From the sequence record NZ_CP041325.1: a DNA stretch of 64,000 bases; one strand, written 5' to 3'. Of this stretch, positions 1 through 11,860 are shown piece after piece. Positions within the stretch are counted from its first letter, which is position 1, and each line of letters begins with the position of its first letter. The stretch comes from a plasmid. The notes beneath the pieces were generated by a model. That model saw only the letters and a list, made by a program, of their open reading frames with translations. It was not told where the DNA came from and made no database searches. Both the position numbers and the translations under genes were made by a program.

Positions 1-56
1 ATGAGCAGCGATATCCTCCTCGAACCGGTCAATAATCCCTTTGATGATCTCCATGG

Positions 57-871
57 TCATTTCACCGTTGCGACCGTGATCTTGGTCCCTGTCGAGGTGA
101 AGATAATGTTGCCCTTCTGGTCGGTTCGATAGACAGCCGCCTTGTACGGCTTGTAGCGGTTGAGTACTTCCGCGGTCGGATGACCATAAGCATTCTTGCC
201 GACACTGATGACGGCGTACTTCGGCTTCACCGCTTTCAGGAAATCCGCGTTGGAGGACGTCTTCGCCCCGTGGTGTCCGACTTTGATGACGTCCGCGAGG
301 AGCGTCTGTTTTGCTTTGACCATGTCTGCTTCAGACGCCTTCTCCGCATCACCCGTGAACAGGAATTTGTTCTTGTTGTACGTCACATGCAGCACCGCGC
401 TCCAGTTATTGAGATCGGTCTTGCCATAGTCGCGCGTCGGTCCGACGAATTTCGCCATCACGGTTTTCAATGGTAGCTTGACGCCGACCTTCGCGGTCTT
501 GATCGTCAGCTTCTCGGCCTTCACAGCTTTCAAAAGTTCGCATAGGCATCCGTCGTGTGCGCCACTTTCGGGGCGTAGACCGATTCCACCTTGTACGCTT
601 TCAGCACTTCATCCAGGCCGCCAAGGTGGTCGGCATCCGGATGTGTGGCAATCATGATCTCGATGTCGTCCACTTTCTGTTTCTTAAGGTAGGCGATGAC
701 CTCGTCGCCCTGTCCCTGGCGTCCGCCGTCGATCAGGACGTCTTCACCGCCCGGCATCTTGATGTAAGTTGCGTCGCCTTGGCCGACGTTGATGAAATGC
801 ACCTTCATCGTCGGTGTGGCAGCGGAGGTGGACGGTACGGACACGAGCCCGGCCAATAGGAACATGGACAT
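57..871 (-). CDS. secreted MBL-fold metallo-hydrolase (lactamase_B/ComEC-like domain), split by one frameshift near 530
   Basis: ORFs 530..871 and 57..533 are contiguous. N-term signal peptide, motifs HPDADHLGG and VGHHGAKTSS typical of MBL fold. Confidence 0.6.
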
Positions 872-1045
872 GAGGGTGCTTAGGGTCTTCTTCAGTGGGA
901 TCTCCTTCTTTCCTGTAAGTTATTTACATTCATCATAAGCGATGGTCTCCGAGACGGCAATCTATTTTTCCTCTTTTCAGGATTGTTCGTGGGCCTTTGG
1001 TGGTATAGAATTAGAACAAGTGTTCTTTTCGGAAGGGTGAAGGAT

Positions 1046-2297
1046 ATGGAGAGCCGGGAAGGGGGACGCACGATTGCTTGCCTCGACATGCGCAGTTTTA
1101 TGCGAGTTGTGCGGCGGTCGAGGCCGGGATGGATCCGCTGGAAGCGTATATCGCCGTCGTCGGCAACCAGGAGCGCAAGGGCAGCGTTGTGCTTGCGGCC
1201 TCCCGCGGATGAAGCAGGAGTTCGGGGTCCGTACCGGCACCCGGCTGTTTGAAATCCCGGGCGACCCGCGGATCCGGCTCGCCTCGAGCCGAAGATGGGC
1301 TTCTTCCTGAAGGTGTCGATGGCCATCACGGACCTATTGGCGGAGTTTGTGCCGAAGGACTGCATCCACGTCTACAGCGTCGACGAGAGCTTCATCGACT
1401 TCACCCGTGTGGAGGCTTCTGGGGCGGGGCAGAGGCGCTCATTCGCCACATCCAGGACGCGCTTGTCCGCCAATTCGGGCTGCCGTCTGCGGTCGGGGTG
1501 GGGCCGAACATGCTGCTGGCGAAGCTCGCACTCGACCTAGAGGCGAAGAAGAGCGGCTATGCCGAGTGGACGTATACCGACGTGCCGAAGAAGCTGTGGC
1601 CGGTCGCGCCCTTGAGCAAGATGTGGGGCATCGGGTCCCGCACTGAACAGACCTTGAATGGCATGGGCATCTTCTCGGTCGGCGACTTAGCCTGCACGGA
1701 TGTCGCAAAATTGGAAGGTCGCTTCGGCATCATGGGACACCAGCTCTATCAACATGCCAATGGCATCGACCTGTCGGAGCTCGGCGCGCCGCTCATCGAA
1801 GGGCAGGTCAGCTACGGCAAGGGCAGATCCTCTACCGGGACTATACCGAAGTGGAAGACATCCTGACGATCATCCTGGAGATGTGCGAGGACGTCGCGAT
1901 GCGCGCGCGGCAGGCCGGACGGGCGGGGCGCACGGTCCAGCTGGGGGTCGGCTACAGCAAGACAGCGTTCGGCGGCGGCTTCTCCCGCTCGCGTTCAATC
2001 GAGGAGGCGACGAACGAGACGCTGGCGCTCTACCGGGTCTGCCAGGAACTGTTCCGGGAACATTACCTCGGCAAACCGGTCCGCCAGATTTCGCTGTCCC
2101 TCAGCAACCTGGAGGAAGAGTCATCGATGCAGCTGAGCCTGTTCGAGGCCCAGAAATGGGAGAACCGCAAGCTCGGGGCGGCGATGGACCAGATCCGGAA
2201 CCGGTACGGCTATTCGGCGATCTACCGGGCGGTGTCCGGGACCGAAGCTGGAACGGCCATTGCCCGGACACGCTTGATTGGCGGGCATCAGAAATAA
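1046..2297 (+). pseudogene. Y-family DNA polymerase (DinB/Pol IV, UvrX/YqjW-like), at least 5 frameshifts
   Basis: Fragments IACLDMRSF..., MKQEFGVRTGTRLFEIPGDPRI, MAITDLLAEFVPKDCIHVYSVDESFIDFT, GVGPNMLLAKLALDLEAKK, GIGSRTEQTLNGMGIFSVGDL. These are spread over three frames. RBS before ATG 1046. Confidence 0.7.
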
Positions 2298-2591
2298 GAA
2301 ACTTGTTCTAAGAGAATTAAAAGAAGACGTTATACATATTCTTTATTAGGAATTATTGAGCGTTAATTCTAGAAGGTGCAATAATGCTTCAATATGGATA
2401 TAAAAGACGGACGGAATAGTTAGAGCAAATGACAAAGTTTTCTATACAGAAGAGAATTTTTCGTGTTCAAACGTGACGTTTTAGTAGCTTAAACATGTAA
2501 TATACCTATCAAAAACACAAAAACGGCTCATTGTAAACTTTCTTTCTTTTCATTACGATAATGTTAGTTACAACAAAAAGGAGAGATTGGG

Positions 2592-2873
2592 ATGGATTAC
2601 GAATTGGAATTACCGGAAGAGTTTGAAGGAATGGAATTGCTGCAGACGTTAATCAGTCCAGCAAAGTCAGATACGGGAATTATGATTCTTGGTGAGAATT
2701 ATGCGGAGGGAGTTGAACGGCCGACTGTGCGGATTTACCTAATCAGTATCGGAAAAGATGAATGGAATATCGAAGGAGAACTTCAGGCGTTTACATTTCC
2801 AAGTTTCGGCAGCGCGAAGCGGTTTGTCGAGGATTTGCCAAGTATGTCGGCCATCGATTTGTTGTGCTTATGA
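2592..2873 (+). CDS. hypothetical acidic protein (93 aa)
   Basis: Intact ORF, RBS AAAGGAGAG 6 nt upstream. No recognisable domain. Confidence 0.4.
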   Translation: MDYELELPEEFEGMELLQTLISPAKSDTGIMILGENYAEGVERPTVRIYLISIGKDEWNIEGELQAFTFPSFGSAKRFVEDLPSMSAIDLLCL

Positions 2874-3049
2874 ACGGGCATCAAGCTACCCATCCTAGTA
2901 AACAGATTATGCAATGAAATGATATATAATGGTGCTCTTTCGACGATATTCTTATGTCTCCGTAAGAGATTACCTTCTGAAGGTTCTGAAGGTAATGATA
3001 AACTGAAATACCGCACCTGCAAGGTAACAAGGCAAAGAATTCCCGGCTA

Positions 3050-3402
3050 TTTGTGGTCCAAGCTGCTCGAAGTCCGGGAAAAGCAGGCCATCCATCGGCT
3101 CTTGAAAAGGATGCCCACTTACAAGAACTTCAATTGTTCATCAGCGAGTTCTAGCAGCTCATGCGACTACAGCGAGAATGCCTGCATTGAATACGAAGAA
3201 AAAGCGGAATCAAGGAACTGAAGCAATTTGGACGCTACTTGCAATCAGATTGGCAAGCTGTTGAAAAATTCCCTGATTCATCGCTGGAGCAATGGTTTGG
3301 TAGAAGGTCATGTAAATCGCATTAAAGTGATCAAATGGTAAAGGTATGGCCGGGCTAACTTTAATCTGCTTCGCCTTAAAATTTTATACCGTTCCAATTA
3401 AT
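3050..3402 (+). mobile_element. ISL3-family transposase C-terminal remnant (frameshifted, truncated)
   Basis: Reading frames give ...WSNGLVEGHVNRIKVIK... and the terminal ...GRANFNLLRLKILYRSN*, the characteristic ISL3 transposase C-terminus. No intact N-terminal part. Sits exactly at the GC drop. Confidence 0.6.
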
Positions 3403-3812
3403 ACTTTCCTAAAAACAAGCTAACCATTCACCAGCTGCCGACAATCATCTTCACCAAATTGCGGAAGAACCAATAATAAACCGGTGTTAACAAATATTAT
3501 TTTCAATTTTAAAAATAAGTTTAATACATCGAGTGCTATATATTTTAGGAACCTAAACAACCGTGTTTAAGTTCCTTTTTGCTGTTATTTAGCATTTGGT
3601 TATAGAAATTAGAAATAATAATTACCTTCTTTGATCTATCGAATGGTGCAAATTCACTTTAAATAATTTTCTTAATTTTTTCTCAAAACCTCAAAAATAA
3701 ATCTCTTTTCGATGTGAATACTTGTATAATTTAGGTAATAATAAATATTTTAAAGACTCATAAATTAGATGAATTAATTTAATTAAAATACTATTAAATA
3801 TATAGGGGTTAA

Positions 3813-5410
3813 TGATGGAGAGCATAAGAATAAGAAATTTAAGAAGTTTAAAAGACACAGGGAGGTTGAACTCAAACCGTTAACTTTATTAGTGGGGAAA
3901 AATAGCTCAGGAAAAGCACCTTTTAAGAACCTTCCCATTATTCAAGCAAACTATAGAAACTAAAACTAATGAACCGATTCTTTGGTATAGCAGTAGATAC
4001 GTTGATTTTGGAAGTTTTCATGAAAGTCTTAATAAGATAACAGCTAAAGAAGAGGAGGAAAAGAAAAATATTAGTTTTGATTTCAAATTTAGTATCCCAA
4101 GTTCAGTTGTACAAATGGGAACTGTTGATATATTAAGCTACTATTCTTTAAGACCAAGTAGAATGAGTAGAATTTATAATTATAATTACAGCAATAGTAA
4201 CCGTAAAACACCATTTAAAATAAGCATTGAAACGAATCAAAAGTCATTATCTAAATTTACTATTTCTATAGAAGATCATTTACTTGAAATGACTTTAAAA
4301 GAAGATGAAAAATTTAGTCAAGTAGGACTTAAAATAAACGGAGTACCTATTTCAGAAACTTCTAGTTTAGTAGCTCGATACGCTAAAGATTACTCGCAGT
4401 TATTACCTTTAATCTTTAGTGACAAAAGTAATTCTTCTGAAAATAATTATTTTAGAGATGAGTTATTTAAAATTTTTCAAAGCTTGGCTTATACTTCTAC
4501 GAGAAGAAATACGATTTCAGAGTTTATTGAGGACATAAAGTTTGGTGATAAATCTGAAATTATTAATAATAAAAAGTCAAGATACTACAGCTAATGTTCT
4601 ATTAGAAAATTTAAAAGCATTAGAGTCCGACAATGAGGTAATGCAACAAATTATAATAAATTACATAGGTATGAATATAAATCCTATAATAACAATGTGT
4701 AATAATTATATAGAACAGTATTTCTCTTCAATTAATTACATCGCTCCTATTAGAGCGAGTGCCGAAAGGTATTACAGAATTCAAGGTCTTTCTGTAGATG
4801 ATATCGATCCACAGGGCGAGAATATACCAATGATTTTCAATAATATGAGTGATATTGAAAAGAAAATTATAACCATTGGTTATTTGGTAATTTTGACTTC
4901 AAATATCAGCAAGCCCTACGGAAGGACATTCATCAATAAGAATAAAATATAGTAATGGAGAAGAGGTTAACTTAGCAGATACAGGCTTCGGGTATTCTCA
5001 GATTCTCCCAATTACTTTAGTTCTATGGCAGACTTCAAAACAAGAACGAAAAGACATATTTGCATATAGTGGATTATATAAAGCTGATTACAATTTTTTA
5101 ATTTAGTGATTGAGCAGCCTGAACTACATTTGCATCCAGCTATTCAGGCTAAATTAATCGATGCATTTATAAAGATAATTATGCTATGTAAAGAAAAGAG
5201 TATTGATATTAAAATTATTATCGAAACACATAGTGAAACAATGATTAATAGAATTGGATATATAATAGCAAAAATATAGAGGAATTTACCGAGGATTTAG
5301 TTAAGGTAATTATTTTTGAAAATGATGAGGTCTTTGATACTAAATTAAATGTAAGTACATATTCGGAAAACGGGTATCTAAAAAATGGCCTTTAGGTTTT
5401 TGAGCCGGAG
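3813..5410 (+). pseudogene. ABC-type AAA ATPase (AAA_15/AAA_21 + DUF3696), PARIS AriA-like, many frameshifts
   Basis: N-term IRIRNLRSLKDTG...LTLLVGKNSSGKS (Walker A). Then GFGYSQILPITLVLWQ, EQPELHLHPAIQAKLIDAF, IIIETHSETMINRIG. C-terminal NWPLGF matches DUF3696. At least 6 frame changes. Confidence 0.6.
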
Positions 5411-5415
5411 AATTT

Positions 5416-6420
5416 AATGTTATTAAAGATTGATAGTTCATTAGTTGATTATTTAAAAGATAATTCCTCAAAGCCCAATTTAATAAATAACGAAGTTCAG
5501 GCTTTAAATAATCTCTCTATAGCACACAGGGACAAAAACATATTTTATTTGGATCTTTAGATGTAGTAGAATTTTTAAAAGATTTTAAACCCTTAGATGA
5601 TACTGCGCTAGGAATTTTAGCAATTTATTTAAAAGTTTACTTTCATGGGAATATATGAAGAAATGTTTGATAATCAAATATTAATTAAAAGTAGAGAACA
5701 TAAGTTTTTAAAGAAGTTTGTTAAAGAGAAAGTAATTTGAAATTCCTATAACTGATTTTTAGATATAGAGAGTATTAGTAGAACTGCACTAATTGGAGAA
5801 GACAGTACTGACTGTGAATTTTATGAAGGATTAGCAAAACAGTATATTACAGAAAATTATGGGATTTCTGCTATTAATTTAAACTTTCACCATGTGAATG
5901 GAGGGGAGTAAATACTTGGAAATCCTTGCGTTATTACAGTGAAAATAAAAAATCTCACTTACTATAACTGATAGTGATAAGCGCTACCCAACTGGTAACG
6001 TAGGAGAGACTTTAAGAAAATTGAGGACTGAATATAATAAACATAAAAATAATACGATAACAGATTTAGTGGAGTTAAAAGTAAGAGAAAAAGAAAATTT
6101 AATTCCTCCTTCAGTTTATTTGTATTGCTGCAACAGTTCTGATAAAAGTAGATTGAAAACTTCATGTTATTAGAGGATTCTAATAAGCATTCCGAAAAAT
6201 TATTTTATTTAGATTATAAAGAAGGGTTAAACGTTAAGAGCTATAAACGAGATTCTCAATTGCAAGGATATATAGAAGAAATGGTGAAAGATTTTCCGCA
6301 CTTAGCCACTTGTAGTTTGGAAGATATAGATTCCTTATCTGACGATTATCGTATTATTGAAGGTATAAGTATGAATGTTTCAGATTATTTTAGTGTAGGA
6401 GTTTTTACGAAGGTTTAGAA
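5416..6420 (+). pseudogene. candidate DUF4435/TOPRIM-like partner (AriB-like), multiple frameshifts
   Basis: Starts 6 nt after the ATPase. Fragment ALIGEDSTDCEFYEGLAKQYI resembles the OLD/DUF4435 TOPRIM glutamate motif. Downstream pieces carry acidic DxD-like segments. Assignment is tentative. Confidence 0.35.
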
Positions 6421-6441
6421 AAAGAATTAGAAGATAAATTA

Positions 6442-6660
6442 ATGATAGAAAAAATACCAGCAGAAGTTATAGATGATTTGCGTAATAGTATAGACAAAAA
6501 AATAAAATGTTTAGACATATGCCAGAAAGCTTTCAAGTTCATTTGGAGGAAATTTGCAAAAAGCTTATTGATTGGGGATGTGCTAATAGTTCTTTTATTG
6601 CGACCTAAATACTTTGAAAAGCATTTAAAAATATTTATGAAAGTATTACTTAAATTGTAA
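6442..6660 (+). CDS. hypothetical small protein (72 aa), possibly a 3' extension of the preceding frameshifted gene
   Basis: ORF only. Confidence 0.2.
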   Translation: MIEKIPAEVIDDLRNSIDKKIKCLDICQKAFKFIWRKFAKSLLIGDVLIVLLLRPKYFEKHLKIFMKVLLKL

Positions 6661-6896
6661 ATTGATTTGTCAAGTGTATAGTGATTACGTGAATTTTTTC
6701 ATAAAAGATGGTTTATAAGAGGCCGAAAAGAAGATTCCAATTTCTTCTCGGCTACTTCTAATTTAGTCTCAAAATTTATATCAAAAGCACTCTATTATAA
6801 TATTGCTTAAGAATGATCCAGCTAAGAAAAGGAAGGACATCGATTCTTATAACGAATCTAATACAGTATCTATATTTAAGTGTTTATACAATAAAG

Positions 6897-9800
6897 TTAT
6901 TTTTGCTTAGTCTCGGCTGCGTACTTACTCGAACGAACCCTGGAATCGCAAGCTCGTCCAACTTTATCGTAAAGTATGGTGTGAGTTACTTTATCTATGA
7001 TTTGCTGTGAAATTTCTCGATCGAAATCTGCTATCTCTGGTAATATAGCATTAATATTTGCTAAATCTATTTCTTCAAAGTTCGATATTGCTTCAGCAAT
7101 TATAGTTGATTTCTTGAGTAAAAATAATCTCAATGAATTGGGGTCTTCATTTATTAAGTGGAAAATAAGAATATGCAGAGCTTGCCATTCTAATCGATCT
7201 TTTGAGTAAGAATCTCTATGCATAGGAATATCAAAATCATTTTCTATATAATACTTAACTAGCGAAGGAGAAAAAGCGAACTGATAAAGGTTTATTTTCT
7301 CAAATTTCTCTTTATTACTGTAAAGAAAATTATCAATTATTCGAACGTGCTTTTATCAAGATACAAAAGAGGAACTCAAGTATTTCACTATGAAAGCTCG
7401 CCCAAACATTATGCTCATCAAATTTAGTTTTTATTCGGGTTAAATCTATAGCTTTAATAAGCTCAGAGTATTTACCTGAATCAAACTTTCTCAGAATCTT
7501 ATAGAAACTAGATAAGTTGTGCCAACTGCGAAAGGGAACTGTTACTAATTCTTCAGCCAATTGCTTGGGTTCAATAAAACTAATGATTTTTTCACCAATG
7601 ACTCTTTGATCTTTTTAATATAATCTCTTTTTTCGCTTAAAGAGTTGAATCCCATTACTATTGCTAAAAATTTGAAATCTAGCATATGCCAAGCGTTAAT
7701 TGAATGTTGTTTAAATGCATTGCGGAAATTGTCAGACATCACGTGAAATAATTTAATGCCATAAAGTCTGTCGTAGTTAAAAATGTTCCCAATGAAATCA
7801 ACTAAGTCTTCGAAATCTAACTGGTTATTTTCCAATAAAAGTAGTTCTGTTTCAATCTGGTTTTGTCTAAAAGCTTGAAAAATTCCTTTGCTCTTTCAAT
7901 TGATAAAAGAAGACCTAACCTAGAAATAAAATAACTCCAGTGATATAAATCTTCTTTCTTTAAATTAGAAAATCTATTAGCAATTTCAGTTATATTTAAG
8001 TTGTTACCAAAATCTTTTGCTTTAATTCTATCCGAATTATACATATCATTTATTATAGTGCCCAATGAATAAGCCGTTATACTATTTACATTTTCAATTT
8101 CTTTATGAATTGTTGAAGAAAAATGATATATATCAAAATACTCGGTTTTACTAAACTTTGTAAAAGTATTGGCGAAGTATAAAGCATGAGTAGTGAGAGT
8201 TTTTCTTCTGACGACAAGCTTTCTTCAATGATATGGTAAACTTCGTCTTTCGAAATAATATAAGGCATTCTAAAATGCAGTTCACTAGTGAAAATTGTAT
8301 TCATAAACCATACTTTTCCTAAAAGCGGATTATTTAGAGATATCATTTCATTGTGTACTATTTGCTCATATTTTTTCTATTTTCTGTGTCATTATCGAAT
8401 ATGAACTTCAATTGTCTTTTAGCTGCTTCATAGTGAATCATTCTAAGGAAGAAACCATCAATTAACCTTTTCTTTCGTAGTGCTTTTAAATTTTTATTTA
8501 GCCATTCTTCATCTTCAGAAAAGTATTCTTTTACGTTCTGTATTAACCAATTTTCATTTACTGTATTATCTTTGGTTATTATCTGTTTTAGAGCCAGTAA
8601 AAAATTAATCTTTGTGAGTTGTCTAGATCTTTTGATTTAAAGTAGTTATCTTTAGTAGTTTTCCACCCGCCTCTAATTACATAATTAAAGGTCCAAAGAT
8701 TGTCCTCTTTCGAGGCGGCATCTATTCTTTGATCGAACGATTCTTGCAGAAAGTAATTTCCTAAGTCTCCATCTATTTTTGAAATAATATGTGAAACTGT
8801 TTTTCATTTTTCTGTAAAATTCACTAATGCAAGCGATATTCTCATTATTAGAAATTGAAACTGTAGCGGAATCAACTTCTATATCTTCAGTAACTGTCAA
8901 AATGATCTTTTGATAATTACTGCTTTTTCTTGTAAGATTTGCAAAATCGAACTGGGTAGAATATGTCCATCATCAATGATATATATTGCTTTAGGATTGC
9001 TGGGTAAAGAAAAATTATCGATATCTGTAAAATCATTGGTTTTGAAACGTAAAACTTCATATCCATGTTTTAAAAATGAAAAGCGATTTGGTAACAAGAA
9101 ATGGATTTACCAGATCCGGTTTTCCTTGAAGAATAACAAAGTTATTCAACTCTAAAACTTTAATAGCTTTTGAACTTGGGGCATTTCGGGACAAACGCTC
9201 ACGTCTTGAGGGGTAAGTTTGTACCCTAAAACGGCTCTTCCAATACTATCATTTTGATTTTTAAAATTTAAGTACTCCCATTTATTATAATTATTCTCGT
9301 CTATCAAATTTTCAACTAATTCCTCAAAAATTCCGACGCCGATAAATTAATCACTCTTTCATCAGTTGAAAATGGGGAAACTCTATAGACTTTCCATTTA
9401 TCTTCTAAAGGCGAAATCAATTCTTCTACAATTTTGCATCGCTTTCTGAATAGCCAACGATAACTAGAGTTCTAGGTCTTTCCATTGCTAGTAGATTAAT
9501 ATGTTTTGTTCTTCGTCACTTATATTTCCTGGAGAGTTTGGAAGTACCCACTCAGAATTTAAATTTAAGACATCTCCGTGTGGTTTGATCAAATTTATTT
9601 TACTGTCGTTTATTCGGGTACCATATAATTCAGACCATGACATTTCTAATAAGCTATCCCAATTAAAAGAGACAATTAGCTCAAAAAATTTTCATGAACT
9701 AATTTAGCTATATTATTATGTATACGAGGGGCAACGGTTATTTTACTGTTAACCTTGCTAAACTTGCTTTTAAATAAACTTACCGCATCTTCATTCTGTT

Positions 9801-10042
9801 CAATATATGAAAACGCCCTTTGATTTTACAAAATCTTCTCCTATTCTACTCTTTGTACTTCCAATGCCTTTAAACTTCTGATCGATACTAGGAAAAGAAC
9901 TTACTACCTCCCAAACAATAGGAGCAAGCTGGTTACCTAGTGGCATTCCAGGTTCAAAGGAAACTCCCGCCCCAATAACTACGACAGCATTATTAACTCT
10001 TATTTCATTAATTATTGAGGTTAAATTATTAACAGACTTCAT
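6897..10042 (-). pseudogene. large SIR2-domain protein fused to putative P-loop NTPase / helical C-terminal region (~1050 aa), at least 8 frameshifts
   Basis: N-term VVVIGAGVSFEPGMPLGNQL. Then FNWDSLLE and KPHGDV, the SIR2_2/DUF4917 motifs. Shortly after comes SRKTGSGKS (Walker A-like) and ~45 aa later AIYIIDDGH (Walker B-like). Long alpha-helical C-terminal segments follow on the same strand, in consecutive frames. Confidence 0.55.
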
Positions 10043-10190
10043 CTCACTTGCTCCTTTTTAGTGATACTTTAATTATTCCATATAGGGAAAAATAATAAAA
10101 ACGTTATAAATTAAACTGTTTTATAGGAGTTTCTTCTATTATAAAGGAGTTGCTGTCTCTGCTTCGATTTCTCTCACTAATTTATAAAAA

Positions 10191-10753
10191 CTAGTTTTTA
10201 ACTCCAGTTTCTTGCATGGCTTCAACTGCTGTTAATTCTCCAGATTTCCATTTTCTATAAACCTCTTTAAATTCTTCTGAAACAAGAACAGGAGTCCTGC
10301 CAAACTGAATGCCGTTTTTCAACGCTAAGTCGATTCCTTCGCGTTGCCGTTTTCGTATGCGTTCCCGTTCTTCTTCTGCCATCCAGGAAAGAATCTGCAA
10401 AACCAAATCTGCAATGAATGTTCCCATACTATCTTTATACTGCGTCGTATCGAGTAACGGCATATCCAGCACCACGATATCCGCTTCGATTTTTTCGTCA
10501 GGTCATTCCATTCCTGGAGGATCTCTTCTTTGTTCCGGCCAAACCGATCCAGCGAGTGGATATATAAAATGTCGCCTTTCCGGATAATCCGTTTGAGCAG
10601 CTGATAGTTCGCTCGCTCGAAATTCTTACCACTTTGCTTGTCCAAATAAATATCCCGTTCAGTGATGCCCATTTTTCTCATTGCTTCCAATTGACGGCCT
10701 TCGTTTTGATCTTTGCTGCTGACACGTATGTAGCCAAATTTGCGATGTTCCAT
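10191..10753 (-). CDS. serine recombinase (Tn3-family resolvase/invertase), one frameshift in T6 run near 10495
   Basis: MEHRKFGYIRVSSKDQNEGRQLEAM...DRFGRN. C-terminal HTH ...ELTAVEAMQETGVKN. Confidence 0.8.
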
Positions 10754-10796
10754 AATTCACCTCGAAAACGATTGTTTCCTCTCATTATACCTGAAA

Positions 10797-10919
10797 AGCG
10801 TTCGTAAAAGTGTCTTAATTTCGCGAACGTTCGTAAAGTCATTTGACACGTTTACGAACGCTGTTTTAGCCGTTTAGCCCTTTTCAAAGCGTTCGTAAAA
10901 GTGTACTTTTACGAACGCT
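10797..10919. promoter_or_regulatory. res site: three subsites of the CGTTCGTAAA family including perfect palindrome CGTTCGTAAAAGT-GT-ACTTTTACGAACG
   Basis: Directly upstream of the resolvase gene. Repeated half-sites at 10797, 10826, 10850 and 10888-10919. Confidence 0.7.
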
Positions 10920-10935
10920 TTAAAAGTATAGTGGC

Positions 10936-11124
10936 ATGTATAAAAAGGGAATAAAGGAGAATTCGGCGAATTACCTGTTTAAGGAAATAAACCAATTGTT
11001 AAAGAAGACAACTAGGGGCGAGGGAGTGATTCGTTTTATTCGATATGAAGAGGATCAAATGTATTTAGAATTCACAGAAATAGAACCGGCTGTAAGTTTA
11101 ACGGAATTTGTAAAATATCTATAA
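10936..11124 (+). CDS. hypothetical small protein (62 aa)
   Basis: ORF only. Confidence 0.25.
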   Translation: MYKKGIKENSANYLFKEINQLLKKTTRGEGVIRFIRYEEDQMYLEFTEIEPAVSLTEFVKYL

Positions 11125-11261
11125 GATGAAGAAATCACAAGACGAAAGGATGCCTTGGCGATGGCTTTCAAAAGCAAAAACAGAAAGAAATCCAGGCAGT
11201 CTTCCGAACTTTGCTCGCCTGAAATCATGAATTGAAAAATTTGCCGAAAGGATGTGATGAT

Positions 11262-11653
11262 ATGACGATTAACGTATTTATCAGCTATGACTACACCAGC
11301 GATAAAGAGTATGCATCCTTATTAAAAGCTTGGGCTGAAAACGATGCCGAACATTTTAAGAACATTAATTTTATTGATGGTTCTAGCGATTTTCAAGAGA
11401 ATCTACTAAAGTGAACGCCTTCAAAAATTCAATTTCAAGAAGAATGAATGCGTGTGATAAAATACTTGTTTTAGTTGGAAAAGAAACCTACAAAAGTGAT
11501 TGGTGTAAATGGGAGATCAAGAAAGCTGAAGAACTTGAGCTTGATTTTGCAGCAGTTAACATTGAACATGCAAATGCATCTCCCATCAGCTTGTACGGAA
11601 AAGGAGTAAAAGGGCGAGAAGTTTTACTGAAGCAGCCATTGAAAGCGTCTTAA
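11262..11653 (+). CDS. TIR-like DUF1863 protein (Thoeris ThsB-like), one frameshift at ~11412
   Basis: MTINVFISYDYTSDKEY... and ...CDKILVLVGKETYKSDWCKWEIKKAEEL. The SxWvxWEI motif is typical of DUF1863. RBS GAAAGGA. Confidence 0.6.
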
Positions 11654-11823
11654 CGTAAGATCAAATCAACATGTGGATGTTTATAAGCTTTTACCTTTTC
11701 GAGGGTTTAACTTAAGCTAGGCAGTTTCTTTTGTAGTTAGAATTTTAATAGGTTTACATATCTTCACTTATAGGAAGCAGCAACCTAAATTAATCTTCAA
11801 TTGGCGTTGCTACAGTTACATGT

Positions 11824-11860
11824 AAAACAGACAGCCGACTTGCTCAGGCTGTCTGTTTTA
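11824..11860. terminator. bidirectional rho-independent terminator
   Basis: AAAACAGACAGCC-loop-GGCTGTCTGTTTTA. Confidence 0.6.

Noticed and set aside
1249-1866. 205-aa ORF offered as a single CDS
   Set aside because: Its first ~50 residues are out-of-frame garbage. Only the C-terminal part matches Y-family polymerase, and the true gene is spread over at least 4 frames from 1046 to 2297.
2300-2590. Searched for tRNA/rRNA/riboswitch-like structure in the larger intergenic gaps (2300-2590, 11660-12140, 43590-43950)
   Set aside because: No cloverleaf-compatible or conserved riboswitch motifs recognised by eye. Left unannotated.
9100-9200. Walker A assignment (SRKTGSGKS) in the SIR2 gene
   Set aside because: Not rejected outright, but flagged. 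It has Ser at the first position and lies in one of two equally open frames, so the NTPase call rests on the downstream hhhhDD Walker B-like motif and could be a frame artefact.
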